Below the pieces are notes generated by a model that saw only the letters and a program-made list of their open reading frames with translations, was not told the DNA's origin and did no database searches. A stretch of DNA of 64,000 bases from Basidiobolus meristosporus CBS 931.73 (lineage: Eukaryota > Fungi > Basidiobolomycota). A program made the translations under genes and the position numbers. Position 1 is the first letter of the stretch, and the number at the start of each line of letters is the position of its first letter. The stretch is taken from the NCBI GenBank assembly GCA_002104905.1, contig MCFE01000269.1:1-64000 (forward strand), in the 5' to 3' direction. Positions 49,356 to 62,300 of the stretch are shown piece by piece.

Positions 49356-51260
49356 TTACTTTTTGTGGGGGCGGGAGTTGGGACGACTTCGTTTGGGCTG
49401 CACCCAAGACTCCTCGTCGCTGCTCAGGGTGAGATCGATGATTTGCGAGCTACGCTTGGCACCATGTTCGGGTGTGGGATGGGGGGAGTCAAGGTCCGAT
49501 TCCGAGTCGGATGTCGTGTGGATGATGATATCTTCGCGCTTGATGACAACCGGCTCCTCCTTGTCCTGTTCTTTGTCAGGTATTCTCCAGCTCCCGTCCA
49601 CCTCCACAACCACTCTATCGACGTCGGCATCTACCTTGTCTAGGATGTCTTCGAAATACCTAACGGTGAGTCGGGAGGTGAGTACAACACGCATCAATGG
49701 TCAAATGAATGAGGCCGCGTTACCCATCTAGTACAAGTTCGTTCCAATTGTTCAACACCCGGTTGCAGATGGGACACGTCCACGAGGGTGTTCGCTCGTT
49801 CAGTTTGAGGAATGTAACCCCGTCGAAGCATTGGATGTGATTGCAATACGAGGATCGGCAAGGGAATTGGATTCGCTGATAGCCTAGCTGTTTGGTGGAG
49901 GAAGCACGGGTTAATCAAGGGATGCAACGGGTGCTTGGTGGATGCCACGAACCGGACACTTGAGAGAGACCAAGCTGGAGGTGGCCTCTATGTCGGCGTC
50001 GTTGGAGGATCGATTGACTACAATGCAAGTTGTCAATAAAGGAGCGGGTCAGCCATCGATCGGCACAAATGGTCCGTACTTTTTTCCAGCACCGTGGCCT
50101 TCTCCATTTTCTTGTGGGTCTTGATCTTTTCAACGATCTCCTCGACCGTCGAGATCTTCACCAGATACAGGGCCATTATGTAAGCCTGGAAGGCAAAGTC
50201 GGGTTCAGCGATCTGGGAGAGGAGGACGCCCGTTGCTGGGTTGCAAGAATACCTTGGGACACGCAGGGTAGACGAACTGGATGCTGTTCGCTCTGTCGAT
50301 TATGTGGATACATAGGTCGGAGATGTCGGCGGGGTTGGTGGTCCCGGGTTTCCTTTTACTTCCTTGCAGGTTCTGATCGGCTAAGGTTAGATGAGGGGGA
50401 GTGTGTGAGGGGCAGAAAAGGTCAACTAACACCCGTGAATTGCTGTTGATTGACATCGAGATTGGCGATGAGTGGGAACTCTATCAGTTTCTCTTTCAGG
50501 CTACCAGGATCAAGATGATCCAGATCTACGTCGGTGCTGAAGAGCATAGCCCTATAGAGATCAGGCCTACTGAGGAAAACTTAGCACACCCCTGGCTTGA
50601 CGATCCACACACACAAAGCATCTACTGACGTTTTGAGCTGCATTATATGCTGGGAGCGAAGTCGAAACCCTATCGTGACCCTGGCTACACTATTCTGCGC
50701 TGCTCGGAATCATTAGAGGGTGCGGGGTTCGATGGGGTCAACAGACGAGCCTACCTTCGCACAGTTTGTATGGGCTAATTCTTTCGATTATCGTGTAGAA
50801 GGGGCTGGACTTGAAGGTCAGCGGGGACCAGTCGTATGTAGAGCCTTTCGACTTGTCCGCTGGGCTGGTTGGGTTTGGTAGGGAAAGGAGAGGGAAATTC
50901 GGTGAGTTCACGCTGACCAACTCCAGCTTGCGGGGACAAAATACCTCTCGCACTCGGCTAGCACAATCGTTTTCGCTGTTTTTCTCGCGGCGGAATTGGG
51001 GGACTGTTCGGCCTTCAAGAGGTACGTCTGAAGCCTCTTGACCAGCTCCGCCTTGTTCCCGCTGAGTTTTATGAAGTAGAACTGGGAGGGGCCGTTTCTG
51101 TTGAGCGTGCGAATCATCTTCTTGAGCGTGGCAACGGGAAGGGTGGGAACTTTCTTCTCTATGAAAGCCTGGTTGAAGCCAAAGGTTAGTGCGCGGAAGG
51201 AAGGAAAGCGAGCTGCCCCTCAAAGATCACCCTAAACTCCGGATCCTGGTTTTCAGCCAT
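49356..51260 (-). CDS. SIZ1: SP-RING (PIAS/Siz1/Pli1) SUMO E3 ligase, multi-exon
   Basis: SAP-like LSGNKAELVKRLQTYL; PINIT-like FKSSPFY, IEFP, NLQGSKRKPGTTNPADI; SP-RING SLKCP|LGYQRIQFPCRSSYCNHIQCFD...WTCPIC; SIM-like IIDLTLSSDEE. Confidence 0.92.
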
Positions 51261-51535
51261 CTTCACTGGGACAGAGGGAGCTCTCGAAAAAAGAGACTTG
51301 GGTCACGGTGTGTGTTTATCGGCCACACTTAATCGCCATAGGCCCGTTTGGCTAATTGTTGATGTGGATTTAAACAAGGAATGGATTTTTCTGGGAATCC
51401 ACCTGGATCCTGTAGGACTGATTTGGCAGGAAGGGATTTATTTATTTACTTTCATGTAGGGCATATATAGTTCCCATCGGTGGTGCTGTCCGCACCACAC
51501 CACTTTGCCTCCTTTCTTTTGTCCACTTGAACCCC

Positions 51536-52991
51536 ATGCCAAAGTACGTCAAGAAAAGACCTCTGTCAGAGCGCGTGAAGAGTGCTCCCCAAGATTGGTT
51601 TCTACAGCTGATGGAGGAGTATGAGACGTTCGACTGGGAAGGACTTCAGCTCGCTTTAAGGTTAGTCATATCACTGTGTCCCTTAGTTTCCCCCTATTCA
51701 CTCGTCTATCCAGCTGGCCTACCGCCCTGGCGCTGAACGGGATTTACGTTCTTGTGAAAGCCATCCGGTCGATCGATTCCACTCCCGACGTGTCGACACT
51801 AAAGCCAGTCCGGGACAGTGCGTTCATTCGGCGCACGCGGGACACTTGGCTTGGAGACAGTGTCCATTTCTGGGTTCGTACGAAGCTTTGGGAAACCCTA
51901 GTGGCCTTGACCTTTCTGATCAGGTGGTTTTTTTTAGCTGGACGTCTTCGAGTTCCTCCTCATTGCCGTCAGTCTCTGCAATACGGCATATCTGTTCTCG
52001 CAACGCAAGACATATCAACTGATGCACACCGATCCTAAGGTACTTGGCTTGCGCGGCAGCTCTGCTCGGACGTATCGCTAATCGACCCCTGCCTCGCAAC
52101 TACAGGACCCCTGACCAGCCCAAACCTTCGTCGTACCGACCTCGACTACGAAGCCCCCCTGTGGTCGTTGAGATTCCCAGGAAAATTCTTGTAAGCATTT
52201 CCGGCCTTTCACTAATTCCTGCTCTCGCTGATCCGGTACGTTCCTAGATGGCCTATCTGGAGACGATTTGGTAAGGGCGGAAGACGCGCCAATCGGGAGA
52301 TCTACGAGATGAGCATGTGGGATCCATACGTGTTCTCGCTCAACATTTTCTGGTAAGAATCGGCCTCGTCCTTGGGTCGACTGTGGTAGTGTACTCAGAT
52401 CCCTTTCCAGTTGGTTCTCCCCTCCTCAGGTTGCTATCATGTGGGCTATGGATGGACACAACTTCCACTATTTCCTCCCGATCGCATTCCTCGTCGGTGT
52501 TCAGGTAGGCGCGGACGCTTCAACCGTACGCGAACTGCCCTAACGGCGCCCACTTCCTAGATCCAATACGTCAGCAACGCCTATACCACCCTGTTGAAGG
52601 ACAAGCAGATCCTCTTTGGCCAGGTCTATCACGAATACAATACAAAATTCGTGAACCGCCGTGTCTTCGTGAAGAAGTTCGATCAATGCACATCCACGGA
52701 AACCCAAGCCGACTTCCCCTTCGAGGAGGAGATCGACGAGGATTACCAAGAGATTGTGTCTTCATCCAGGTATGTAGGGGAGTGGGAATGTCTGATCATG
52801 CCGTATTCTAACGAGTTGGGACTTTGCTAGTGACAGCGACGAAGAAGTGATCAACAACCCAGGTTAGTGGCAAAGGCAAGGTACGCGAGACTGCCCGCAG
52901 GTCACTGATCCTCATTCTAGGCGAGTTCTCACCCGCCGACAAGCCGAGCGCGTTCAAGTCCAGCGAGAACCCTTTCCAGAGATCCCGTTAG
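51536..52991 (+). CDS. NUR1: Nuclear rim protein Nur1/Mug154 family, multi-exon
   Basis: MPKYVKKRPLSERVKSAPQDWFLQLMEEYETFDW, NTAYLFSQRKTYQLM, REIYEMSMWDP, DKQILFGQVYHEYNTKFV; several TM segments; GT-AG introns join in frame. Confidence 0.75.
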
Positions 52992-53283
52992 GGGGGGGAC
53001 CGGTGAGAGGGAAAGATGTCAGTTAGAGTTTGCATAGAGTAAAAGATTTCCGAGATTGTCTTCACTTTCTACCACGGCTTCGCAGTATATTTGAGGTTTC
53101 CTAGTGCATTCAGTGAATTGTATTTTTCGATTAAAATTTGGCCAAGCATTGCGGGCTTATCCACCAAACCAGAATCGGTGTCGATTGTTGATGGAAATCC
53201 GATCGTTTTTTTTCTGGGCCAAGCTCGGTCTATATTTTCGAGGGGGAGGGGGGGCGGCCATGGTGTAGTGGTTAGGCTCGGAT

Positions 53284-55533
53284 ATGGAAGAAGGCCCTCG
53301 CAAAAAATTGAAGCTCTCTTCAGAAGGAATGGAAGGTGCTCCTCTCATGTACTTCACCGTAGACAATAGTTCAGCTCTAATGCATCCTTGCCCCTCAATT
53401 CCTTAGAAGCGCGCGCTTTGTTGGTCGATCATTGCAAAGGAGCACTTGTAAACTTAATCGAGCCGCTCTTTTCTATCCATTGTTGTAGTAGATGTGTATT
53501 GAGATACCTTGGCGTGAAGGACTTCAAAGTGTACAAGTACAGTCTCGAGGTAAGCTGACCGCTGGACCAATGGGTGGGGACCAACTTTACGAATTCTTTT
53601 CGTGTAGACCCTTGAGACAGCGCTTCGAAGCTTCGTGAAAGAGGAAAGCCCCGAGCAACAGGAGGTAGCCACCGAAGATGTCGCTAAAAAGGTGTGCGTT
53701 TCCTGCCTGGGCACCCTCCAATATGCCGACCGTGAAGAATTCGTATCCGACATCATCAAGAAGGTGAAGGAAGAAAATTACGAAGCGACCCGATTCACCC
53801 TGAACGTGACCGTACCAAGCAGCATCTTGGTCAGAACCCAGTCGATTTTTGTTTACCTTTCGAACATCTTGAAGTACGTACACAGTTATGTAAGCAACGG
53901 AACCTCGCTCGTCCCTAACACCCGTGCCTCATCCCCAGAGAATCGAATAGCACCATGGTCTACACGGCGGATAGCATAGCAGACATCAAAGAAACTTTCA
54001 AGCTGGTATTGTGCTGGGAGGTTGCTCGGATTACTCAGATGGAGTTGGATTTCAATGTAAGTTGGTGTTCTCGGGGCGGTGAGACCTCCAGGTTGTACTG
54101 ATTGGGATACTTTCCAGAGTCCATTGAAGATCACCGTGGTGTCCGAACATCCCGAAACCGAAAACGACCACATCTTCTTGACACAAATCTCCACGGCCAA
54201 CCTGAACATTCGCAAAGTTTACGAGCGGGTAGGCATCCACTTACTACGTATAGATGATTCATCGGTAGCTCACATCAGCCCCTACCACAGGGCCAATGCA
54301 AATTCATCGGCGCCTCTCGTGCCAACATCGCCACAGCACTACGCTCAGTGTCCAACGAGGAGTTCTTACGGTAGGTGGATCATGGATTGACGGCGGATGT
54401 TGTCAGGTGACTGACCATATACTTGCAGCCTTGGCCAATGCCCGCCAGGATCAGTAGAGAATATGGCGCGCGTCCAGTCGGTTGAAATGCTTCACGAGCC
54501 CATCTATATCGGAGGTATGTCGAGGTATGGAGCGAGCATGCTATTTTGTCACTAACATCCGGGATCACAGGGCGTTACTTCAAACTGACCCGTGGAATCA
54601 GCCAGACCCCATGGATTATCAACAACCGTAGAATGACGGAGAACTCGGTCTCCGAATCCATTGGCGACGTCTTGAAGCCGAGCGTTCGGGCGGACGGTAT
54701 TTATGGATCGCTCTCCGGTCAAGCAGATCCCACCACCACTAACACCTTGTCACGTAGACTACAAATTCGTCTCGGCCGGAAGAGAGGATGCGGACGTACG
54801 TATGATCGGGACCGGAAGACCATTCTACCTGGAGTTCCTCAACCCTCGTCGAATCACATTCACCCCCGAGGAGATCCTCGAGTTCGAGAACACAGTGAAC
54901 AAGAACGCCGACGTGAAAGTCAAGGAGATGCAGTCGATCCTACCGTAAGCATGCCATCCCTTCCCAGTAAAATCAGTTCCGTCATGGCCTAACGACAGCA
55001 TCTTAGCGATCAAACCTCGATCATCAAGGAGGGGGAGGAGACCAAAACCAAATCTTACAGGTAGAGCCCATGCTTATGATACTCTTAGCCAGGCCACCAA
55101 CTCATGGAATTCTTCGTCAGCTGTCTGGTGTGGGTCTCGAACGAAGTCACCGAAGAGCTTCTTCAACAAGCCAACCAATTCAACAACACCGAATTCGTTA
55201 TCCATCAAAGAACCCCCATCCGGGTCCTCCACAGGTACTGACTGACCACCTGCCACTGGCGCGAACCACCACCTAACATACTCTCTCCCATCTAGACGTG
55301 CTCAGATGGTTCGAGACAAAACCATTCATACCCTTTGTGCTGAGAAGCTTGGGGATCACCTGATGCGACTGAAGCTGAAAACCGAGGCCGGTACATACAT
55401 CAAAGAATTCGTACACGGCGATCTTGGCCGCACATATCCCAATTTCGGGAGCATCGTCAACTGCACAGCCGATCTTTTGGCTCTGGATGTGGACGCGGTG
55501 GATCTCCCCTGGCCACCGGTCCGATCCGAGTAA
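53284..55533 (+). CDS. PUS10: tRNA pseudouridine synthase Pus10, multi-exon
   Basis: CCSRCVLRYLG, PIYIGGRYFKLTRGISQTPW, KFVSAGREDADVRMIGTGRPF (catalytic Asp motif), QRTPIRVLHRRA, LKTEAGTYIKEFVHGDLGRTYP. Confidence 0.93.
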
Positions 55534-55625
55534 CGGGAGCGGGGGGAGAGGATTTAGAGATGACTTCCAGCAGCACACTCACTTAGATTGTTTATTCAAA
55601 TTCATTAAATCCAAAATAAATCCAC

Positions 55626-57112
55626 TTAAAGACGAGCTTTTTTCTTCAACTCGGGGACTCGTTGCAGCTCCATCTTGGCGATCTGCATGAGATGCACGGC
55701 GTCCGGCCCGTCGGCAATTCGGAGGGTTCGCATGTTGGCGTACAGGTCGGCGAGGGAGGTGTCAGGCCCCACACCAGCTGCCCCGTGGATTTGGATGGCT
55801 CTGTCCAAGACACGCAAGCAGATACTGGGCACAGCCACCTTGGCCAGGGCGATCTCCTTTAAGGCTTTCTTGGCACCGATCTTGTCGATCATGTCTGCTG
55901 CCCTGAAAACCAACAGACGGCCCTGCTCAATCTCAATTCTGGAGACTGCGATATCTTGCATGGCAATCTGGTGCTCAGAGATGTATTTCCCGAATGTTCT
56001 ACGCTCCGATGCTCTGGTGATCAGAGTGTCGAGGGCTCTCTCGGCAACGCCGATGGCTCTCATGCAGTGGTGAATGCGGCCTATCAGAGACACGAGGTGA
56101 ATAATGACGACAGCCAATCTACAGTTAATTAGCAAACCTACCAGGGCCCAATCTGCCTTGCACAATCTCGAACCCTCTGCCTTCGCCAAGAAGCAAGTTC
56201 TCTTTGGGGACCTTGACGTTCTCGAAACTGACCTCGCAGTGTCCGTGAGGGGCGTGGTCGTAACCAAACACCGTCAAAGGTCTGACAACCGTCACTCCTG
56301 GGGTGTCAGCTGGGACAATGATGATTGTTTGCTGCTTGTGTTTGGGTTGTGTGGTGTCAGTCTTGCCCATGACCAAAAAGACCTTGCAGCGAGGATCGCC
56401 AGCCCCACTGATCCACCATTTACGGCCATTGATAATGTAGTCGTCCCCTTGACGCTTAATGGATGTCTCAATGTTCGTGGCATCCGAGGAGGCTACTGCT
56501 GGCTCGGTCATGGCGAATGCTGATCTTATTTTCCCTTCAAGGAGTGGCTTGAGCCATTTTTCCTTCTGTTCTTTGTTGCCGTATTTTAGGAACACCTCCA
56601 TATTTCCGGTGTCTGGGGCACCACAGTTGCAAGCCTGTCGAGTTGACGTTAGCCGTTTTCCATTAGGGTTTAGGTTCCTTTCTACTGTTGCCTACCTCGG
56701 GTGCAATTCGCACCGACCTTCCCATGATCTCGCATAGATAAGCATATTCCAAATTAGTCAGGCCAGGGCCTTCTTCGTGACCCTTGGGGATGAACAGGTT
56801 CCAAAGTCCGAGCTTACGGGCCTTTTCTTTCAGCTCTTCCATGACCGGAGGGATGACCTACGGAGGGAAACGAAGCTGTTTAGTACCGGTTAGCTAATTA
56901 AGGGTGCGCAATAGCCACACGCACCTTCCACCGGTCGTCCCCTTTGCCTATTTGTTCTTCATATATTTGCTCAGCAGGTATGCATTCGTTCTAGAGAGTA
57001 GGATCAGTATCGGTTGTGGCGGTCAGAATAGTAAGGTGCCGCATACTTCGACAAAGTTTGTGAGCACTCTGGCAAGTTCCTGGACTCTGGGAGATAGATC
57101 GGTAATATTCAT
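55626..57112 (-). CDS. Acyl-CoA dehydrogenase (ACAD10/11-like ACAD domain), probable peroxisomal
   Basis: [83 protein letters not shown]. The C-terminal ARL fits the PTS1 consensus. Confidence 0.93.
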
Positions 57113-57563
57113 GGTATTTTACAGTAATGCAGCAGAGTCGCCCATTTCGTCTGTTATATGTGCAATCCCTTTGGCCTTCACGTGGATAGGTGCGGACTGT
57201 TGTATGCAATTTGAGACATGCCTGATATAACTAATGTGAAACAGCAATCGGCAAATTCCACCTCATGGTTGGCTCGAGGTATTTTTCATGACTAAACTGC
57301 CCTTCCGAGATTCCTGATCGTGTGAAGTTGGCGACTGGATTCCTGAGCTCCAAACTAAACCCAACTCCTAAACCCAAAGATCCGAAGTTTGATCAAGATA
57401 CTCAACATGTTGCAGCGTTGCTGTAAGGTGAACTTATCTGCACAATCAAAACCCATCATTGATATCGATCTCAAATCAGAATGAAAAAAGATCCGCGGAA
57501 GGAAAATACCTTAAATATAGGCGCTAGCCATTTTAACAGTCAACAGTACCACTACTAACAACG

Positions 57564-59267
57564 ATGGCCAAACCAGCTCGTTTACTCCAAAGTGAGGCCC
57601 CTGCTGAACCAGATTCTCCGGAAGAAAATGCCCCGCGCTCCTTCGGAAAAGGAAGATTATACACCTCCCACTTTCTGAAGTATGCATTTTGTATTTAGTC
57701 TTCCACGAAGAGCCATATTCTGATGGGATCTTGCCTTGCTTTAGTGTATGGGGAGACAGACTATACGAATTCGCTAGTTTTCTGTTCATTATGGAGGTCT
57801 TTCAAGACACCTTGCTTCCTTCCTCTTTGTTCGGCTTTCTTATGACTTTCTCGGCAATTGTGGCCGGCGGCGCTATTGGAAACTGGGTAGACAGGAGCGA
57901 CCGACTAAAAGGTATGTATCCCCTAAAGACTGGTATCCTTCCAACTTTCAGTAACGCAAGCCTTAAGTTGTAAGAACGTCCATCATCTTACAGAAGTTTT
58001 CCATTGCCCTGAGCTCGATCTGCTTTTATCTGCTATTTACCACTTTCGGCCCGAGATCCTCCGACAACCACACTATATACTTTGCCTATGCCCTCTTTGG
58101 GGTGATATTGGTTCTAGGCATGGTGCTGAAGGTGATGCTAATGGCCACAAATATCGCCGTCGAGAAAGACTGGGTAGTGATCATCGCGAACAAAGACGAG
58201 GAGTTGTTAACTCGTAAGTTTACTAAATGGAGTGTGATCCAAAAGAAAAGCGACCTTTCTAATAACCTTTCGTAGAACTGAACACCTCAATGCGGAGAAT
58301 CGATCTGATTTGTAAGCTCGTCGCGCCTTTGTTGGTTGCCTGTTTAACCGCCGTTGGCACCACGATATTCGCCGTGATATTTATCGGTGTTTGGAATGTC
58401 ATTTCCATGGTGCTCGAATATGTTCTGATCTACAAAGTATACCAGTTGGTACCGGAGTTATCCGTGCCCAAAGGAGCCAGAGTGGAGAGCACAGAGGACG
58501 AGGCTCTGGTAGACTCCGATGTCTCTAAGCCAACCTATGGCACAGTTCCGGCCAAGCCCGTCGTGGCCGCTACCGTCGAGCAAACCAGCTACATTCGGCA
58601 ACAAATCGACGATTGGGTGTTTTTCGCCAAACATCCGGTCTTTTTGGCCAGCTTGTCGGTCGCCATGTTGTATTTAACCGTTCTGTCATTCAACGGTATC
58701 ATGGTTTCCTTCTTGAAGTGGCAAGGGTACTCGGATTCGTTGATTGCTGCCATGAGAGCCATGTCCGCATTTACCGGTGTACTGGCCACATATCTGATGC
58801 CGATTCTGGCCAGACACATCGGTATCGTCCGGACGGGGACCTGGTCGATATGGTCACAGGTGATTACCTTGATCCCAGTTGTGGCGGCATTCCTTGGCCC
58901 CCCTACACTTCTCGCCAAGGTGATGCTCTTCGGAGGCATGGCTCTATCTAGGATAGGGCTCTGGTCGTTTGATTTGTCCCAAGTCCATATCGTCCAGAGC
59001 CAAGTTGCAAACGAAGACGCTGGTCGGATCAACGGGCTCCAACATAGCCTCTGCAACGTGTTTGACCTTGCCCAATTTGGCCTGACCATCATCTTTTACA
59101 ATCCCGAGGATTTCATCATACCTGTGACGACCTCGTTTGTCATGGTCTTGCTTGCAGCATGCACCTTCTCGTATTATACCCACCGTCAGAGAGGGCATCT
59201 GTTTCATTTTGAGAAGCTTCCTTCATTCGGTATTACACCGTGTGTTCATTCCAACCATCTGGTATAA
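57564..59267 (+). CDS. Ferroportin (SLC40/IREG) family iron exporter, multi-exon
   Basis: RLYTSHFLNVWGDRLYEFA, GAIGNWVDRSDRL, IAVEKDWVV, MRRIDLICKLVAP, SVAMLYLTVLSFNGIMVSFL, SRIGLWSFDLSQVHIVQ, INGLQHSLCNVFDL. Confidence 0.92.
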
Positions 59268-59334
59268 ATTTTTTCTGTATTCATTGATTACTGGTAATAA
59301 AGAATACATCAAAAGTGGCTGTTGAATCCATGGG

Positions 59335-62300
59335 TCATGTGGCTACTCTATGGTCTATGGCGAGTTGGTCAATTTTCAGTGACAGAACTTGCTTCTGGGA
59401 AACATGGGGGATACGCTCTATGGCTGAGCTCAGTTGATCCCGTTGCTCACGGGAGAACGTATGTCCTGGTAGACTGGAGGAGTCCTCCAGCAGTTGAGTG
59501 ATCAGAATGAAAATGGGTTCACTCTGATGCTCTACAGGGATGCTCTCTAATCCTTGACATAGTAGAATCATGGTGGACAGCAGAAATGGGTAGTCTTGAA
59601 GAAACGGCTCGATCGCTCTCTGCAAAATCCATGCAAACAATCAGAGCGGGTTCGGTGGGGTTACCGTGTTCCAGCTTACCTTCAGGATGATCGATATGAA
59701 GTTGTAGCTGCTGAAAGCGATCTTCGGCGCCTGATCTCGAGTGGCTACGCGGTGGGCCCAGTATAGTATCTGCATATTCCAGGCTATAATGGCAAGCTCT
59801 GGAAGATCTGGCAATCGGGGGATTTTGGTGGTTCTCTCGGTCAGTTGAGTTCCGACAGAATTTAAGATCCCCTTACAAACCTTGTGCAGAAATGTCCTTG
59901 GTGACTGGGGCTATGGCCTGAAGCACCCTCTCCGGCTTTAAAAGCTGATTCTCAGTTAAATGCTTCGGGAGAAGGTAACACAACCGTTGATGCTCATCAA
60001 GAGTACTATCTGATAGTGTGTAAACCATGGCGAGAAGTAAGGATCTTTCGAATACATTCAGGCCCACCATGATTAGGTCTGGATTGATGTGCTACATAGC
60101 TTCGGTTAGCGTACGACGAAACAACAAGGGAAATTGTTGTAAGACATACTCGAGCAAAGTAAAGAAGCCACTCGTCAGAAATTCTGCACGCCTCCAGTAT
60201 CCCAAACAAAAGAAGTAGGTGATCTTTGTAGCAGAAAGGGCTCGTCGGAGTTTGGGTGTTGTCCGGTGAGGTGTATTCGAAGAACCTAAACTGGTCCAAA
60301 GGTGGGTCCCCTTTGAATAATGCTTGGAAGTTCGAAGGAAGTGGCAGAGGGACAAGAGTCACATAATTGCGCAGATCCAGCGCTTGGAAAAATCGGTGCA
60401 CAAAAAGTTGCGTGGTCCAATCTAGAATAAGGGGGGGGGCGGTTAGCAACGTTGAGTAGCCAGTGCCGGTGACTCTTTACCTAGCTTGGATGCCAGCCTA
60501 TAGAGTTTCCGTAGATTCGACCCTATTGGAGACCGGAATAAATCTACGTGAAGCAGAAAAGAAATACATATCCAAAAATACCATAACCGGAGACCGTGCT
60601 GTAGAGTTCATCAATGTGGCGTAGAATTAGATCGAACATAGCGTTCAGTGACCGTTTGATGTTCTGGATATCGTGAACGCGGGAATCACGCGAGCGAGAG
60701 CTTAGCTGTTGACACATGGCTGAAACAAGCGATAAGGATTTCGTTCTTGATAACCACCGGATTGTGTTGACATCGTTGCTTCGAAGCTCCAGCACCTTGG
60801 CAATCGTCTCTAAATGAATGTGTAGCAGTGGGCTTGTATTGGCTACATTCGCTAGCACGGGGGTGGCACAATATGACAGATACTCCGCAATGTCTAGTAT
60901 GCGGCCTGATGGGTGGGTCTAATAGTTCCAAGTATTAGACAGAGAATTGCCGACTGCTGGTTGCAAGCACCAACCTCAAGAGCCTCTATTAAAAACGAGA
61001 TGGCGTTCCGTTGTTCGTTTTCGGTTAATTGGCTCGCCTCGGATTCCTGGAGTATGGTCTGTATCTCCGCAACCAACAGAGATGGATCTTTCGGACTCGC
61101 CCGCAATTCCGCAAGCCCTTGAAGACTACGAAATATCGAAGAAACGAGCTTCGTGTAGCCCTTGTTTTTGATCACAACCCGTAGTAGCTTCGAGAAGAGA
61201 AGTCGAGGTGAAAAGAAGCTATACTTTATAGGGATAAGACAGGGTGTTGTCACATTGGTAAACTTGTTATCGCTTACATCAAGTAGAGTATCAATGAAGC
61301 ACTCGTCTATGGAATGCGCGACTGCAGTATCACTCGAAGTGATTTGGTTAAAAGTGGTGGTCAATTCTTCATTGAGCATCCGCAAGCCCGAGGATTCTTG
61401 CGTGTTGACATTGTCTATTGACCAGGGCGCTCTAAGAGAGTGTGAATAGGGATTCAGTAGAAGGGGTGTATAAGCAAATACCTTTGCTGGAAAGCGTATC
61501 TAACAAATACACTCTTACGTTCTATTGGGAGACGTTTTAAAATCTCCAAGAAGGAAAAGAAATGTTGCTGTCAAGCAAACGGGTTAGTGTTATATCTAAG
61601 TAAATAGTTGAGGAATTTCTACCTCATAATACGTTTGCATGGTGTCCTTGTTTTCCAGAGCTAGACGCCAGAATCTCGTATATGCATGGCCCAGTAGCCC
61701 CGATGAATAGATTTCATGGAAACAGCTGGGAGAGTACGGAGTAAGATGGTTGTCTAAGTAAGCCAGCTGGACAACTTACTAGTTATCTGGTCTTCTATAA
61801 TACCATTCGTCAACCATGCTTTTAAGTAACAAGTAATGTTGCATGCCCTTGTTTCTGATGATCTTACGCATCATACTTTCCTCTGCGTGGGGATATGCAT
61901 CGCAATGCGTCAGTCGATGATGGGCGTCGGCCTTTTGCATCGACATAACCAGAGAATCAATATGCTCGGGGGAAGTAAACAGGGAGATCAATCCGTGCTT
62001 CGATGTTGACGGGCTTGCGTTATGAGGATTTTCGGTATCCGACTTTAAAGAATCCTGGTCCTTTCTTAGTCTTGATAGAGCCGTCTGTTAACATCAAGTG
62101 GATACTTCGAAATCGATTTTGAATTACCTGTCGTTCAATATGCTGTCTAGCTTTCGCTAAACGGGTGTACGTTCTGTTAGTATACAAGCAATCGTGCCAG
62201 GCACTCAGATGGTCGAATGCACATCGACTTACACGTTTAACGGGTTGTGGTGTAGCGTCGTACTGCCTGATCAACATATTGATTTGATGGCGGCATTCCC

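Noticed and set aside
53250-53330. tRNA gene
   Set aside because: Only a D-arm/A-box-like 5' piece is present; there is no anticodon stem, no GTTCRA T-loop and no acceptor-stem pairing. It is kept only as a low-interest motif.
53157-53366. 69-aa minus-strand ORF
   Set aside because: It overlaps the PUS10 first exon/intron and promoter, with no motif or splice support.
52989-55552. G-runs immediately after the NUR1 and PUS10 stop codons as a shared 3' signal
   Set aside because: Only two instances, not seen after the other genes' stops, and compatible with local GC-rich composition.
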